Assembly (NCBI GenBank): GCA_043801155.1
Contig: JAZDMI010000020.1
Span: 1 to 62,028 of the forward strand
Source of the DNA: Candidatus Gottesmanbacteria bacterium
Lineage (GTDB): Bacteria; Patescibacteriota; Microgenomatia; JAMCYU01
Length of the DNA stretch: 62,028 nt
Direction of reading: 5' to 3'
Part shown: in pieces, positions 39,160 to 48,013 of the stretch
How positions within the stretch are numbered: the first letter of the stretch is position 1
How the letters are laid out: every line of letters starts with the position of its first letter
Position numbers and translations under genes: made by a program
The notes under the pieces: model-generated
What the model was told of the DNA's origin: nothing
Seen by the model: the letters and a program-made list of their open reading frames with translations, nothing else
Databases searched by the model: none

Positions 39160-40524
39160 TTATTCTTTTTCCCGTTTCTTTTCGACGCCGAAGAATTTTA
39201 TGCGGTCGCCTTTAAAAAGCATGTCAATTTCACCTAATGGTCCATTTCGATGTTTGGCGATTAATAATTTAGTGAGGATACTATCGCCCCATTTTTCTGG
39301 CTCCTCCTGTCGATAAAGAAACATAACCACATCTGCGTCTTGTTCAATGGCACCAGACTCACGAAGATCAGCCAATTGTGGAATCTTACTACCGCGTGAC
39401 TCAACCGCCCGTGACAATTGTGAAACGGATAGAACAGGGATTTTAAGTTCACGAGCCAAATTTTTAAGAGAGGCTGAAACCATTGAGACTTCTTGTACCC
39501 GGTTATCGTATCGACGACCGCAATCAACTAATTGTAGATAGTCAACAATTAATAACTGGACTCCGTGTTGGACTTGTAAACGGCGAGCTTTAGTCCTAAT
39601 TTCCAAAATATTGGCTCCGGGGGTATCATCAATATATAATGGCGCTTCGGCCAATTCACCCATAGCCGTTGACAACTTAGTAAAATCTTCGTCAGCTAAT
39701 TTCCCTGTTTTAAGGCGCCACGCATCAACGTCAGCCTGCGATACTAACAATCTGTCCACCAGCTCTTCCTTGCTCATTTCTAAAGAAAAAATCCCGACCG
39801 GGATTTTTTGTTGAACTGATGCATTTTGAGCCATGTTTAAAACTAAAGCCGTTTTTCCTTGACCGGGCCGGGCAGCTAAAATTAATAGATTTGAAGGCTG
39901 CATACCAGCTAATCGATTATCTAGATCAATAAAGCCGGTCGGTACTCCCCGCAGCCCTCCGGCGCGCTTATGTAACTCATCAAGCCGGTCAAAGGATTCA
40001 GCTAAAGCGTCTTTTATAGGGATAAAGTCTCGCCGAGCATGGATTTGCGCAATGGAAAAGATTTCTGACTCGGCCACATCTAAGATTCCTTTAACGTCTC
40101 CCTTGCCGGAAGTGGCTTCTGCGGAGATTTTGGCTGCTGTAGAAATAAGCGTTCGACGAGTAAAATTATCTTGGATAATCCGGCCATAATTTTCGGCATT
40201 AGCACTGGTTGGAACAGCATTAAGAATATCAGTTAAATATGAAGCACCGCCGATTTTTTCGAAGTCGCCGCTTTTTTTGAGTTCAGCTGTAATAGTAACA
40301 ATATCAATTGGTTCATGTTTTTCAAAAAGATAAATCATCGCCTGAAATATTTTGCCATTACTTTCCTTATAAAAATGATTCGGGCGGAGGAATTCAACAA
40401 TATCAACAATAGCATCCTTATCAATAAGGATTGCCCCTAAAACAGAAAGCTCGGCCTGGTCATCATGTGGAGGAACTTTGAGATCTGTCATATTTGATGA
40501 AAAGGAATACTTGGACTCACTCAA
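39160..40524 (-). CDS. dnaB: replicative DNA helicase
   Basis: PHDDQAELSVLGAIL, Walker A ARPGQGKTA, and 454 aa length. No intein. Confidence 0.95.
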   Translation of the reverse strand: MSESKYSFSSNMTDLKVPPHDDQAELSVLGAILIDKDAIVDIVEFLRPNHFYKESNGKIFQAMIYLFEKHEPIDIVTITAELKKSGDFEKIGGASYLTDILNAVPTSANAENYGRIIQDNFTRRTLISTAAKISAEATSGKGDVKGILDVAESEIFSIAQIHARRDFIPIKDALAESFDRLDELHKRAGGLRGVPTGFIDLDNRLAGMQPSNLLILAARPGQGKTALVLNMAQNASVQQKIPVGIFSLEMSKEELVDRLLVSQADVDAWRLKTGKLADEDFTKLSTAMGELAEAPLYIDDTPGANILEIRTKARRLQVQHGVQLLIVDYLQLVDCGRRYDNRVQEVSMVSASLKNLARELKIPVLSVSQLSRAVESRGSKIPQLADLRESGAIEQDADVVMFLYRQEEPEKWGDSILTKLLIAKHRNGPLGEIDMLFKGDRIKFFGVEKKREKE

Positions 40525-41149
40525 GAACTATAATTTCTAACTGTTCTGGCAGTTTATCTTTAGTAATTGATAATTTTGGTTGAGGTTGACAATCTTCTTT
40601 CCCCATCTCTTTTAAGAAGTTAGTTACCGGATTAATATCAAATTTAAGACCATCGACATAATAATGCATTGGAATAACAATACGTGGGTCAAGTTGAGCG
40701 ATAACTTCGGCTGCCTGCTTAGCGTCAAGAACATGAATACCGCCTACGGGTACCATAACAATATCAGCACCGTTCAATCTCTCAACCTGCTCGGTTGTTA
40801 GTTTATTTCCAAGATCACCAAGATGAACTATAGTTAAATTATCCATTTTAAATTGGTAAACAGTATTTAACCCTCTTTCCGATCCGCCGGATTGATCATG
40901 AAAAGTCGTGAGGCCTAAGATTTTTATACCCTTGACTTCATACTCACCGGGACCGGTAAATATTATTGGATTATTACCTACAAGATTAGCTTGATTATGA
41001 TCTTGATGATCATGCGAAATTGTCACGATATCCGCGTCAACTTTAGGAAATTTTAAACCGATTAAGTCGGGAGCAAAAGGATCAGTAATAACTGATGCTT
41101 GACGAGAACGTATTTTAAATGATGAATGGCCTAAATGGATTATGTCCAT
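40517..41149 (-). CDS. MBL-fold metallo-hydrolase (UPF0173-like)
   Basis: LGHSSF...SHDHQDH motif. Confidence 0.8.
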   Translation of the reverse strand: MDIIHLGHSSFKIRSRQASVITDPFAPDLIGLKFPKVDADIVTISHDHQDHNQANLVGNNPIIFTGPGEYEVKGIKILGLTTFHDQSGGSERGLNTVYQFKMDNLTIVHLGDLGNKLTTEQVERLNGADIVMVPVGGIHVLDAKQAAEVIAQLDPRIVIPMHYYVDGLKFDINPVTNFLKEMGKEDCQPQPKLSITKDKLPEQLEIIVLE

Positions 41150-41217
41150 GGTGAATTTTTTATATCACATATGTTAGGTATTGACAAGAGGAAAATGCAT
41201 AATATATTATATAGGAT

Positions 41218-41652
41218 ATGAATCTGGGGAAGGAAACGATTTTTGCTGCTATTGTTGGATTCGCCATCGGGATAGTAGCTGCTTGGGCCATACTGGGCTT
41301 ACCTCAATTTTTACCTAAAAAAGAAACGACCATTACGACAACCAATGAATTCAAGCAAACTCAACCATCGCCAACCCCACAAATTTCACTACTGACACTA
41401 ACCGCTCCGGAAAATGATATTATTGTTCAAACACCACGAGTTGATATTTCTGGTAAAACTTCCATCGGAAGTACTGTGGTTATTAATGGACCGTTAGCCG
41501 ATGAGGTAATCGAGGCTACCGGAGATGGTAGCTTTGTTGTAAGTCTTGATCTCGAGGAAGGTTCAAACGACATTCAGGTTACTGCATATGGGGTAAATGG
41601 ATCTGAAAAAACGGAAACAAGAATGGTCAACTATACTAAAGAAGAATTTTAA
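41218..41652 (+). CDS. membrane-anchored protein with an Ig-like domain
   Basis: N-terminal TM helix, and VDISGKTSIGSTVVINGP...DGSFVVSLDL is typical of bacterial Ig-like folds. Confidence 0.4.
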   Translation: MNLGKETIFAAIVGFAIGIVAAWAILGLPQFLPKKETTITTTNEFKQTQPSPTPQISLLTLTAPENDIIVQTPRVDISGKTSIGSTVVINGPLADEVIEATGDGSFVVSLDLEEGSNDIQVTAYGVNGSEKTETRMVNYTKEEF

Positions 41653-41659
41653 ATTGGCG

Positions 41660-42487
41660 ATGCAAATGAAAAAAATAATTTTTTTTATCATTACTTTTAT
41701 TTTATATACAACAATTTATTCGTCAACTGTCATGGCGGTTCCGGCTACTGATTCCGCCCAACAAGCAGAGAATCGCCAAGAACAGATAGAACAACTTAAA
41801 GACCGGGTAGCCACTAGAGTTGCCGAAATGAGACAACTAATGCGGCGAGCTTGGTCAGGTAAAATTAAAAGTATCTCCGAAAGTAATATTATCTTTTATA
41901 CAAAACTGGGAGATAAAACTGTAATTACCGATGACCAAACTATTTTTATCGAAGTCGGAGCTGGTGGTCGAAAGAAAATTAATTTTAATAACTTAAAAGT
42001 AGATCAACAAATTACGGTCTTTGGACTTTATGATGAAGAAAAAGGCCAATTAACAGCCAAGGTTATTATTGTTCGGGTACTACCGATGAATATCAACGGA
42101 AAAGTTCTTGAAGTAAGTTCAACAAATGGTACGCTAACAGTCCAGACTCCTAATCAAAGTTCTTATATTGTTGATATTGAAACAGCAACTAAGATTCGGG
42201 TTTGGGATAAAGAAAAAGGGATCCAACAATCCGGGCTATCAAAGATAACCGTTGGTGATCGGGTTCATATAAACGGTACAGTTCCATCAAAAGTAACAGA
42301 AACTAATCAACTTACAGCTATTCGCATTCTGGTTTTGCCAGGTAAAGCATTAGGAATTGTTGGTTCACCAAAGCCACTCGTTAATACTTCGCCGTCTCCA
42401 TCAGCATCAGTCAGTCCGTCAACAAAGGCTTCACCAGTATCCTCTCCGAGCGGATCCCCTGTCTCCTCTCCAAAATCTACCCCGTAA
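41660..42487 (+). CDS. secreted protein with a Ser/Pro-rich tail
   Basis: Signal-like MQMKKIIFFIITFILYTTIYSSTVMA, and a C-terminal SPSPSASVSPSTKASPVSSPSGSP. Confidence 0.45.
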   Translation: MQMKKIIFFIITFILYTTIYSSTVMAVPATDSAQQAENRQEQIEQLKDRVATRVAEMRQLMRRAWSGKIKSISESNIIFYTKLGDKTVITDDQTIFIEVGAGGRKKINFNNLKVDQQITVFGLYDEEKGQLTAKVIIVRVLPMNINGKVLEVSSTNGTLTVQTPNQSSYIVDIETATKIRVWDKEKGIQQSGLSKITVGDRVHINGTVPSKVTETNQLTAIRILVLPGKALGIVGSPKPLVNTSPSPSASVSPSTKASPVSSPSGSPVSSPKSTP

Positions 42488-42520
42488 TAAATTTTGATTT
42501 GACAAGGAATATTTATTTGT

Positions 42521-42593
42521 GATATAACATTCTTCGAATGTTTTTCCTTGCCTCAATTCACCTTTGATGTAATCAAAGGATCTTGAGGGGCAG
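42521..42593 (-). repeat. structured intergenic element, copy D (opposite orientation)
   Basis: CCTCAA (42551-42556)/TTGAGG (42583-42588), inner stem CCTTTGAT-GTA-ATCAAAGG, and a CATTC-TTC-GAATG hairpin followed by TTTTT. Confidence 0.75.
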
Positions 42594-42608
42594 AATAAAA
42601 ATTATCAT

Positions 42609-42761
42609 GTTAAGTTTAGTAAATAGAATCCATCATTACCAGCCAGCTTAAAGTTGGTTGGTTTTGACGTGGATTAAACTTAACAGTAAATACTAAAAAC
42701 TAAATACAAATAAGTAGGACCAGCCAAACTTTAGGCAAAAAGCTTAAGAGGCTGGTTTTTT
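42609..42761 (+). promoter_or_regulatory. structured leader with mutually exclusive hairpins ending in a terminator, upstream of the radical SAM gene
   Basis: A 76-nt three-tier hairpin spans 42609-42684. The terminator ACCAGCC...GGCTGGT plus TTTTTT spans 42719-42761. Segment 42650-42661 is complementary to 42720-42732. Confidence 0.45.
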
Positions 42762-42794
42762 AGTGGGAAAAATTAATGAAAGGAGGTGAAAAAT

Positions 42795-43916
42795 ATGAGT
42801 ATTAACGTAGAACAACGTTATGAAACAGCAAGAGACGTAAGTCGAAATAATAAGGTTCCAGCAATAATTCTGGAAACTAGCGGTGAATGCCCGCTGGCTT
42901 GTAAAAGATGTTACATGATAACTGGAGATCGCACAGCTTCCTTATCTGGCAAACCCCAAATGATTGACAGTCGAAAAGCCGTAGAAATTTTTGACCTGAT
43001 AAAGGCACAGAATAGCGGCCAGGAAGCGCAATCAGTTGATTTGGTTGGCGGTGAACCGATGTTACCAAGAGTTTGGCAGGAAGTTAAAAAGACTATTGAA
43101 ATAGCATCTGATCGCGGAATTGTACCATGGCTTTTTACTAACGGAATGTTTATGACGCCGGAAGATGCCAAATGGCTTCTAGATAAAAAAACATTTATTA
43201 CTATGAAGCTTAATATCGGTAACCCTAATGATCCCAAACAAATGGAATTACAGGCCAAAATGGTCGGCAGAAATATTAACGCAGCTAAACAGTTGGCGCG
43301 CGGATTATATATTGCTCTTGACGCCGGATTAAAGAATCCACAACTTAGCGTTGAGAACTTAATTCGGGCTGAAAATGCCCCCTTGGTTGGTGAATTCTAC
43401 GAGCTGGGGTTGAAATTAGGATTTAAACCGGATGTTGAAATTACGGGCAACGGACAAAAAGATAATTGGGGATTCTTTGCTGAAGCTCCAAGTATTGAAC
43501 AAATCCGCTCGATAATGGGACAAATAAAAAGTGTAAGAGAAAAACAAGGACTAGAACCAATCACTTTTTTAATGCCTCACATTACCGGCAGTTGTTCATT
43601 CTTTGATACGGCTTTATATTTCCGGCCGAACGGAGATATCCAACCGTGTAGTGGCAACCCAACGGTTCTGGCCAATGTTAATCAAGAAAATGCCATTGGG
43701 AATGCAATAGAAAGCCCAGTTATCCAAGTACGAAGGAATTTGACTCAAAGTCAACTTTCCGGACCATGTGGTAATTGTGGAACCTGGAGTCTGTGTCGAG
43801 GCGGATGCCGGGCAACTGTTGAATCATTTGGTAATCCTTATGGTTCTTATCCTTTATGCGGAATTCAGAAAGAATTCAATAACGCTAAAGATATAGCTTT
43901 GTCTAATAAGAAATAA
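42795..43916 (+). CDS. radical SAM enzyme with a C-terminal SPASM-like Cys cluster
   Basis: CPLACKRCY (CX3CX2C), and a C-terminal CGNCGTWSLCRGGCRA. The SD AGGAGG lies 8 nt before the ATG at 42795. Confidence 0.8.
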   Translation: MSINVEQRYETARDVSRNNKVPAIILETSGECPLACKRCYMITGDRTASLSGKPQMIDSRKAVEIFDLIKAQNSGQEAQSVDLVGGEPMLPRVWQEVKKTIEIASDRGIVPWLFTNGMFMTPEDAKWLLDKKTFITMKLNIGNPNDPKQMELQAKMVGRNINAAKQLARGLYIALDAGLKNPQLSVENLIRAENAPLVGEFYELGLKLGFKPDVEITGNGQKDNWGFFAEAPSIEQIRSIMGQIKSVREKQGLEPITFLMPHITGSCSFFDTALYFRPNGDIQPCSGNPTVLANVNQENAIGNAIESPVIQVRRNLTQSQLSGPCGNCGTWSLCRGGCRATVESFGNPYGSYPLCGIQKEFNNAKDIALSNKK

Positions 43917-43922
43917 GTTAGA

Positions 43923-43949
43923 GCTCCGGGGAAAGTACACCCCCGGGGC
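43923..43949 (+). terminator. GC-rich hairpin after the radical SAM gene
   Basis: GCTCCGGGG-AAAGTACAC-CCCCGGGGC is a 9-bp stem with one G-T pair. Only a weak T tract follows. Confidence 0.4.
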
Positions 43950-43963
43950 TTAACTTTAAAAAT

Positions 43964-44488
43964 ATGAACAAGAAAATATTAAACATAGCGATTAAAAAAT
44001 TCAAGAAACTTAAACCTGAATACAAGGGTTTTATTAATGTGGGAGTCGATAATTGGCGAGGTTTCAGATTTATTTTCGATACACAAGATGTGAGGAATTG
44101 TAAAAACAATTGTTCTGTATGTCCGCTGTATCAAGCATTACGGGTAGAAAAAAAGGGTTTATTTTCTGCCGGTCTATATCCGGCCAGTAAAGAAGATAAA
44201 AAACTGTTTGGTAAGCAAAATTATTTAAATTGTAAAACTTTAAAACAATATCAGAACTGCTATGTTAGTTGGTTAGTCAAAAAAGCAAAAACGAGAAAAA
44301 AAATTGAAGATGAGATAAAGTTAATAAAGAATTTTAGAATTATTTATTCAAATAAGAAAACAAATATAATCAAACAAGAGGTGAGATTTAGACAGGAAAT
44401 AATAAATAAAGTCCTGCAAAATGTTTCCATCAAAAGAAGCAAGCTACTTAAAAATTTATGGTATACTAAAAAAGGAGGAATTTTATGA
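43964..44488 (+). CDS. basic Lys-rich protein with a CX3CX2C motif, unknown function
   Basis: 174 aa containing NCKNNCSVCPLY. Its stop overlaps the start of the HisRS-like gene (ATGA). Confidence 0.4.
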   Translation: MNKKILNIAIKKFKKLKPEYKGFINVGVDNWRGFRFIFDTQDVRNCKNNCSVCPLYQALRVEKKGLFSAGLYPASKEDKKLFGKQNYLNCKTLKQYQNCYVSWLVKKAKTRKKIEDEIKLIKNFRIIYSNKKTNIIKQEVRFRQEIINKVLQNVSIKRSKLLKNLWYTKKGGIL

Positions 44489-45396
44489 AAAGAGGGCCAA
44501 CAACACCAAAAGGCTTTCGTGATATCGATCCGGAGTTAGCCAAAAAAAGACGAACTGTTATAAACAAGATTGCTGAAGTATTAGAGACTTTCGGCTTTGT
44601 TCCTATTGAGACCCCTACTCTTGAATTTGAGGAAACACTTATGGGTAAATATGGCGACGAGGAAAAATTGATTTATCAATTTACTGATCGCGGTGGAAGA
44701 AAGTTAGCTTTAAGATATGATTTAACCGTTCCCCTAGCACGATTTGTAGCCAATAACCTGGGTCTTCTTAAACCATCTTTCTCACGTTTTCAAGTCGGTC
44801 AGGTTTTCCGCGGAGAAAATCCGCAAAAAGGCCGATTTAGAGAGTTTACCCAATTTGACTTTGATACTGTTGGTTCTACCAGTTTAGAAGAAGATGCCAA
44901 AATAATATCCGCCTCAATCACATCAGTCAGAAATTTAGGGCTTAACGAAGCAAAAATGTTAATTAATGACCGACTTGTTTTTAAGGATCTTAAACCAGAA
45001 TATATAAGAGCGATCGATAAATTTTATAAAATTGGCAAGGAGGGAGTAATAACCGAAATGATTGCCAATGGCGCTGATAGTACTTGGGCTAAAAATTTTA
45101 TGTCTTCATTTGATGAATTACAGCTTACTCCAAATTTAAAAATTCTTTTTGATTATCTAAATAATATTGGTTTGGCTAAAGGAAAAGATTATGACTTTGA
45201 CCCTACCTTGGCTAGAGGTTTGGATTATTATACCTCCACCATTTTTGAACTGAAACCAACGGGGAAACCAGACGAGTTATCGATTGGCGGCGGCGGAAGA
45301 TATGATAATTTAATCGGTGTGTTTAGCGGCCGGCAAATTCCCGCCGTCGGTTTTTCTTTTGGTCTAGATAGGTTAATTGAATTTCTAAACAACTAA
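44485..45396 (+). CDS. hisS: histidyl-tRNA synthetase-like catalytic core (no anticodon-binding domain)
   Basis: Motif 2 FRGENPQKGRFREFTQ, ARGLDYYT, GGGGRYDNL and GFSFGLDRL are present. The protein ends 6 aa after the last motif, at 303 aa. Confidence 0.75.
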   Translation: MKRGPTTPKGFRDIDPELAKKRRTVINKIAEVLETFGFVPIETPTLEFEETLMGKYGDEEKLIYQFTDRGGRKLALRYDLTVPLARFVANNLGLLKPSFSRFQVGQVFRGENPQKGRFREFTQFDFDTVGSTSLEEDAKIISASITSVRNLGLNEAKMLINDRLVFKDLKPEYIRAIDKFYKIGKEGVITEMIANGADSTWAKNFMSSFDELQLTPNLKILFDYLNNIGLAKGKDYDFDPTLARGLDYYTSTIFELKPTGKPDELSIGGGGRYDNLIGVFSGRQIPAVGFSFGLDRLIEFLNN

Positions 45397-45407
45397 GAGA
45401 ACAATTT

Positions 45408-46310
45408 ATGTCTGCCCGGAAAAAAGCTATTCTGGCTTTAATAATTGCCAATATCATTTGGGGTGGTGCTTCGCCAATTTTCAAATGGGGGCTAACTAAT
45501 ATTGCTCCATTTACTCTTGCTTTTATTCGTTTTGCTGGGGCTGCTATTATCATTTTACCGTTTACTTATAAAAAAATATTTAATATCAACAAACAATATA
45601 TCAATAAAATTATATTATTTGGATTTTTAGGTGTCACTCTTAATATCTCCTTTTTCTTTGCCGGTCTTAAACTATCGCCGTCAATTAATGCGTCGATTAT
45701 TGCGGCAACAGAACCATTGATTTTACTTCTGATCGGTGCCTTTCTTCTTAAAGAAAATGTTGAACGTCATGAAATTGTTGGCACACTAATTTCCTTATTT
45801 GGAGTTTTTACTATTATTTTATTGCCTATTTTATCTAATGGTTTAAGCGGTGAACTAATGGCTTTGGGAAATTTTTTCTTTATTATCGCGGCGCTTGGTG
45901 CTGTTGGACAAGCTTTTTTTGGTAAACAACTTTTTAAATATAATGATACGTTACCGATAACATTCTGGTCGTTTTTAATCGGAGCAGTATCTTTTTTACC
46001 GGTATTTATTATTGAATTAATTGATAATCCTTTGTGGTATCAACATTTAGATAAACCAGGATTAACGGCAATTTTTTATGGAATATTTTTCTCATCTGCC
46101 TTAGCATATTTTCTTTATGATTGGGGCTTATCCAAAATTGAAGCCTCGGAAACCGGTATATTTACCTATATCATGCCGATTACGGCTCTGTTGATCGCTG
46201 TTCCCTTTTTTGGCGAGAAAATTACTTGGCAATTTATATTAGGCACATTATTTATTGTAACCGGAATTATTATTGCCCAGATACATCTTCACAAAAAGCC
46301 ATCATTCTGA
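45408..46310 (+). CDS. EamA/DMT-family transporter
   Basis: Ten TM helices in two EamA-like halves. Confidence 0.8.
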   Translation: MSARKKAILALIIANIIWGGASPIFKWGLTNIAPFTLAFIRFAGAAIIILPFTYKKIFNINKQYINKIILFGFLGVTLNISFFFAGLKLSPSINASIIAATEPLILLLIGAFLLKENVERHEIVGTLISLFGVFTIILLPILSNGLSGELMALGNFFFIIAALGAVGQAFFGKQLFKYNDTLPITFWSFLIGAVSFLPVFIIELIDNPLWYQHLDKPGLTAIFYGIFFSSALAYFLYDWGLSKIEASETGIFTYIMPITALLIAVPFFGEKITWQFILGTLFIVTGIIIAQIHLHKKPSF

Positions 46311-46322
46311 TATAATCAGTAC

Positions 46323-46631
46323 ATGAAATCAGACATTCATCCCCAATGGTATCCGAACGCCAAGGTCACCTGTGCCTGTGGTAATACTTTTACGATTGGT
46401 TCAACTAAACCAGAAATCAGAGTTCAGATTTGTAGCAAGTGCCACCCTTTTTTTACTGGTCAAATAAAATATGTTGATACGGCCGGTCAGGTCGAGAAAT
46501 TCCAGAAAAAACAGGCAATTGGCCAGGCAAAAGCATCAGATTTAGCAGCTAAAAAGGCTAAAAAACAACAGAAACTTCAGGAAGAAAAAGAAGGACCAAA
46601 GTCATTAAGAGAAATGCTACTTGGTAACTAA
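46323..46631 (+). CDS. rpmE: ribosomal protein L31 (Zn-ribbon type) with a Lys-rich C-terminal extension
   Basis: [10 protein letters not shown]...CACGN...[10 protein letters not shown]. Confidence 0.9.
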   Translation: MKSDIHPQWYPNAKVTCACGNTFTIGSTKPEIRVQICSKCHPFFTGQIKYVDTAGQVEKFQKKQAIGQAKASDLAAKKAKKQQKLQEEKEGPKSLREMLLGN

Positions 46632-46648
46632 CTACTTAAGACTTAAAT

Positions 46649-47353
46649 ATGAATCCTAATATAATTATCATTGAAATTCGTGGTGCTGCCGGCGGTGATG
46701 AAGCCAAGATCTGGGCTGATGATCTTGTTCGGATGTATACAAGATATGCCCAAGCGCAAGGCTGGAAAGTTGAATTAATAGATCAGGGAACAATCAAAAT
46801 TTCCGGGACAGATGCTTTCAGTAAATTAAAAATGGAGGGTGGTGTACACCGCGTACAGCGTATACCGGAAACTGAACGCCGGGGTAGAATCCACACATCA
46901 ACCGCTACTGTGGCTGTCTTACCGGAAATTCCGGAAACTCAAGTGTATATTGATCCGGCTGATATTGAGATGCAGGTTTTTCGAAGTGCAGGCCATGGCG
47001 GCCAAAATGTGCAAAAGGTTTCTTCTGCAGTCAGGATTATTCATAAACCAACTGGTGTTATCACAACTTGCCAAACCGAAAGAGACCAATGGCAAAATCG
47101 ACAAACCGCTATGAGTATGCTGCGGGCAAAACTATGGGAGTTAGAAGAAGAAAGAAAAAGATTACGACTATCAGATCTTCGTCAGGTCATTGGCCGAGGT
47201 ATGCGAGCCGAAAAAATTAGGACATATAATTATCCGCAGGATAGAGTTACTGATCACCGAATCAATAAAAGTTTTAGATTGGCTGACGTAGTTGAAGGAA
47301 GACTTGATAAACTTTTATCCTCATTACTCAATCAAATAAATAAACAAATTTAA
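46649..47353 (+). CDS. prfA: class I peptide chain release factor, RF1-like, lacking N-terminal domain 1
   Basis: IEIRGAAGGDEA, RIPETERRGRIHTS (PxT-type tripeptide) and the GGQ motif SAGHGGQNVQK. Only 234 aa. Confidence 0.8.
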   Translation: MNPNIIIIEIRGAAGGDEAKIWADDLVRMYTRYAQAQGWKVELIDQGTIKISGTDAFSKLKMEGGVHRVQRIPETERRGRIHTSTATVAVLPEIPETQVYIDPADIEMQVFRSAGHGGQNVQKVSSAVRIIHKPTGVITTCQTERDQWQNRQTAMSMLRAKLWELEEERKRLRLSDLRQVIGRGMRAEKIRTYNYPQDRVTDHRINKSFRLADVVEGRLDKLLSSLLNQINKQI

Positions 47354-47425
47354 ACCTATTTCAATAATTTTCTAGGTTCTTCTTAACGTATTTTGCTCTA
47401 TCAAACTCATATTTTTATATTTAAC

Positions 47426-47929
47426 TTATCTCTGGAAAACTTCTGATAATACTCGATTTACCAAATCAAGTTTTTCAGAAAAATCAGTCATAATATGTTG
47501 CTGATCAAAGGGTACACCTCCGATAACAGTACCATCGGTATTTTCATTTAAAGAGTCGTTAGATCGCTTACCTACTTTCAAACTCGCAATCGTAACCCAA
47601 TCTCTATTATCTGGATCTGGTTTGTTAGTAGAATGCCATCTGATATCCATATGATGATATTGTCCATATCTTTCCAATTTATCTTCTTGATTACGTAACT
47701 CAACCGATACCTCGTACATTATTGGTCCTTTTATTTGATGTACTGCTCTCCTCCAGCGGCTTATGGGGTTTCCAGGCGTGGCGATGACATTTGTCCCTTT
47801 TTCTTCTACCAAATCGAAACCACGATCATAGAGTTCGCTTATTCTGTCGGCCTCTATTTGATGACGAATAATCATCTCAGCAAATTCTTGACTTAAATCT
47901 TTTTCGGTTTCTAGCTGGCTTTGTCCCAT
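47426..47929 (-). CDS. hypothetical protein
   Basis: Open frame with a GGAGG SD upstream. No motif recognised. Confidence 0.35.
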   Translation of the reverse strand: MGQSQLETEKDLSQEFAEMIIRHQIEADRISELYDRGFDLVEEKGTNVIATPGNPISRWRRAVHQIKGPIMYEVSVELRNQEDKLERYGQYHHMDIRWHSTNKPDPDNRDWVTIASLKVGKRSNDSLNENTDGTVIGGVPFDQQHIMTDFSEKLDLVNRVLSEVFQR

Positions 47930-47942
47930 TCTGCCTCCTTAT

Positions 47943-47968
47943 AAAAAAATACTGCCTTAATCGGCAGC
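47943..47968 (-). terminator. terminator-like hairpin after htrA
   Basis: The minus strand reads CTGCC-GATTAA-GGCAG followed by TATTTTTTTAT. Confidence 0.5.
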
Positions 47969-48013
47969 ACGTATAGATCTTACATCTAATCAAAATAAAT
48001 TACAAGGATATTT

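Noticed and set aside
41597-41659. Extended N-terminus of ORF 41597-42487 overlapping the preceding gene by 56 nt.
   Set aside because: An internal ATG at 41660 gives a typical signal peptide (MQMKKIIFFIITFIL...) and removes the overlap.
42535-42761. A known riboswitch class (T-box, SAM-I/II, preQ1) in the radical SAM leader.
   Set aside because: The T-box consensus (GGGTGGTACCGCG-like), the SAM-I core strings and the compact preQ1-I hairpin are all absent. Only an A-rich CTAAAAACTAAAT tail vaguely resembles preQ1-I. I therefore report it only as an unclassified attenuator-like leader.
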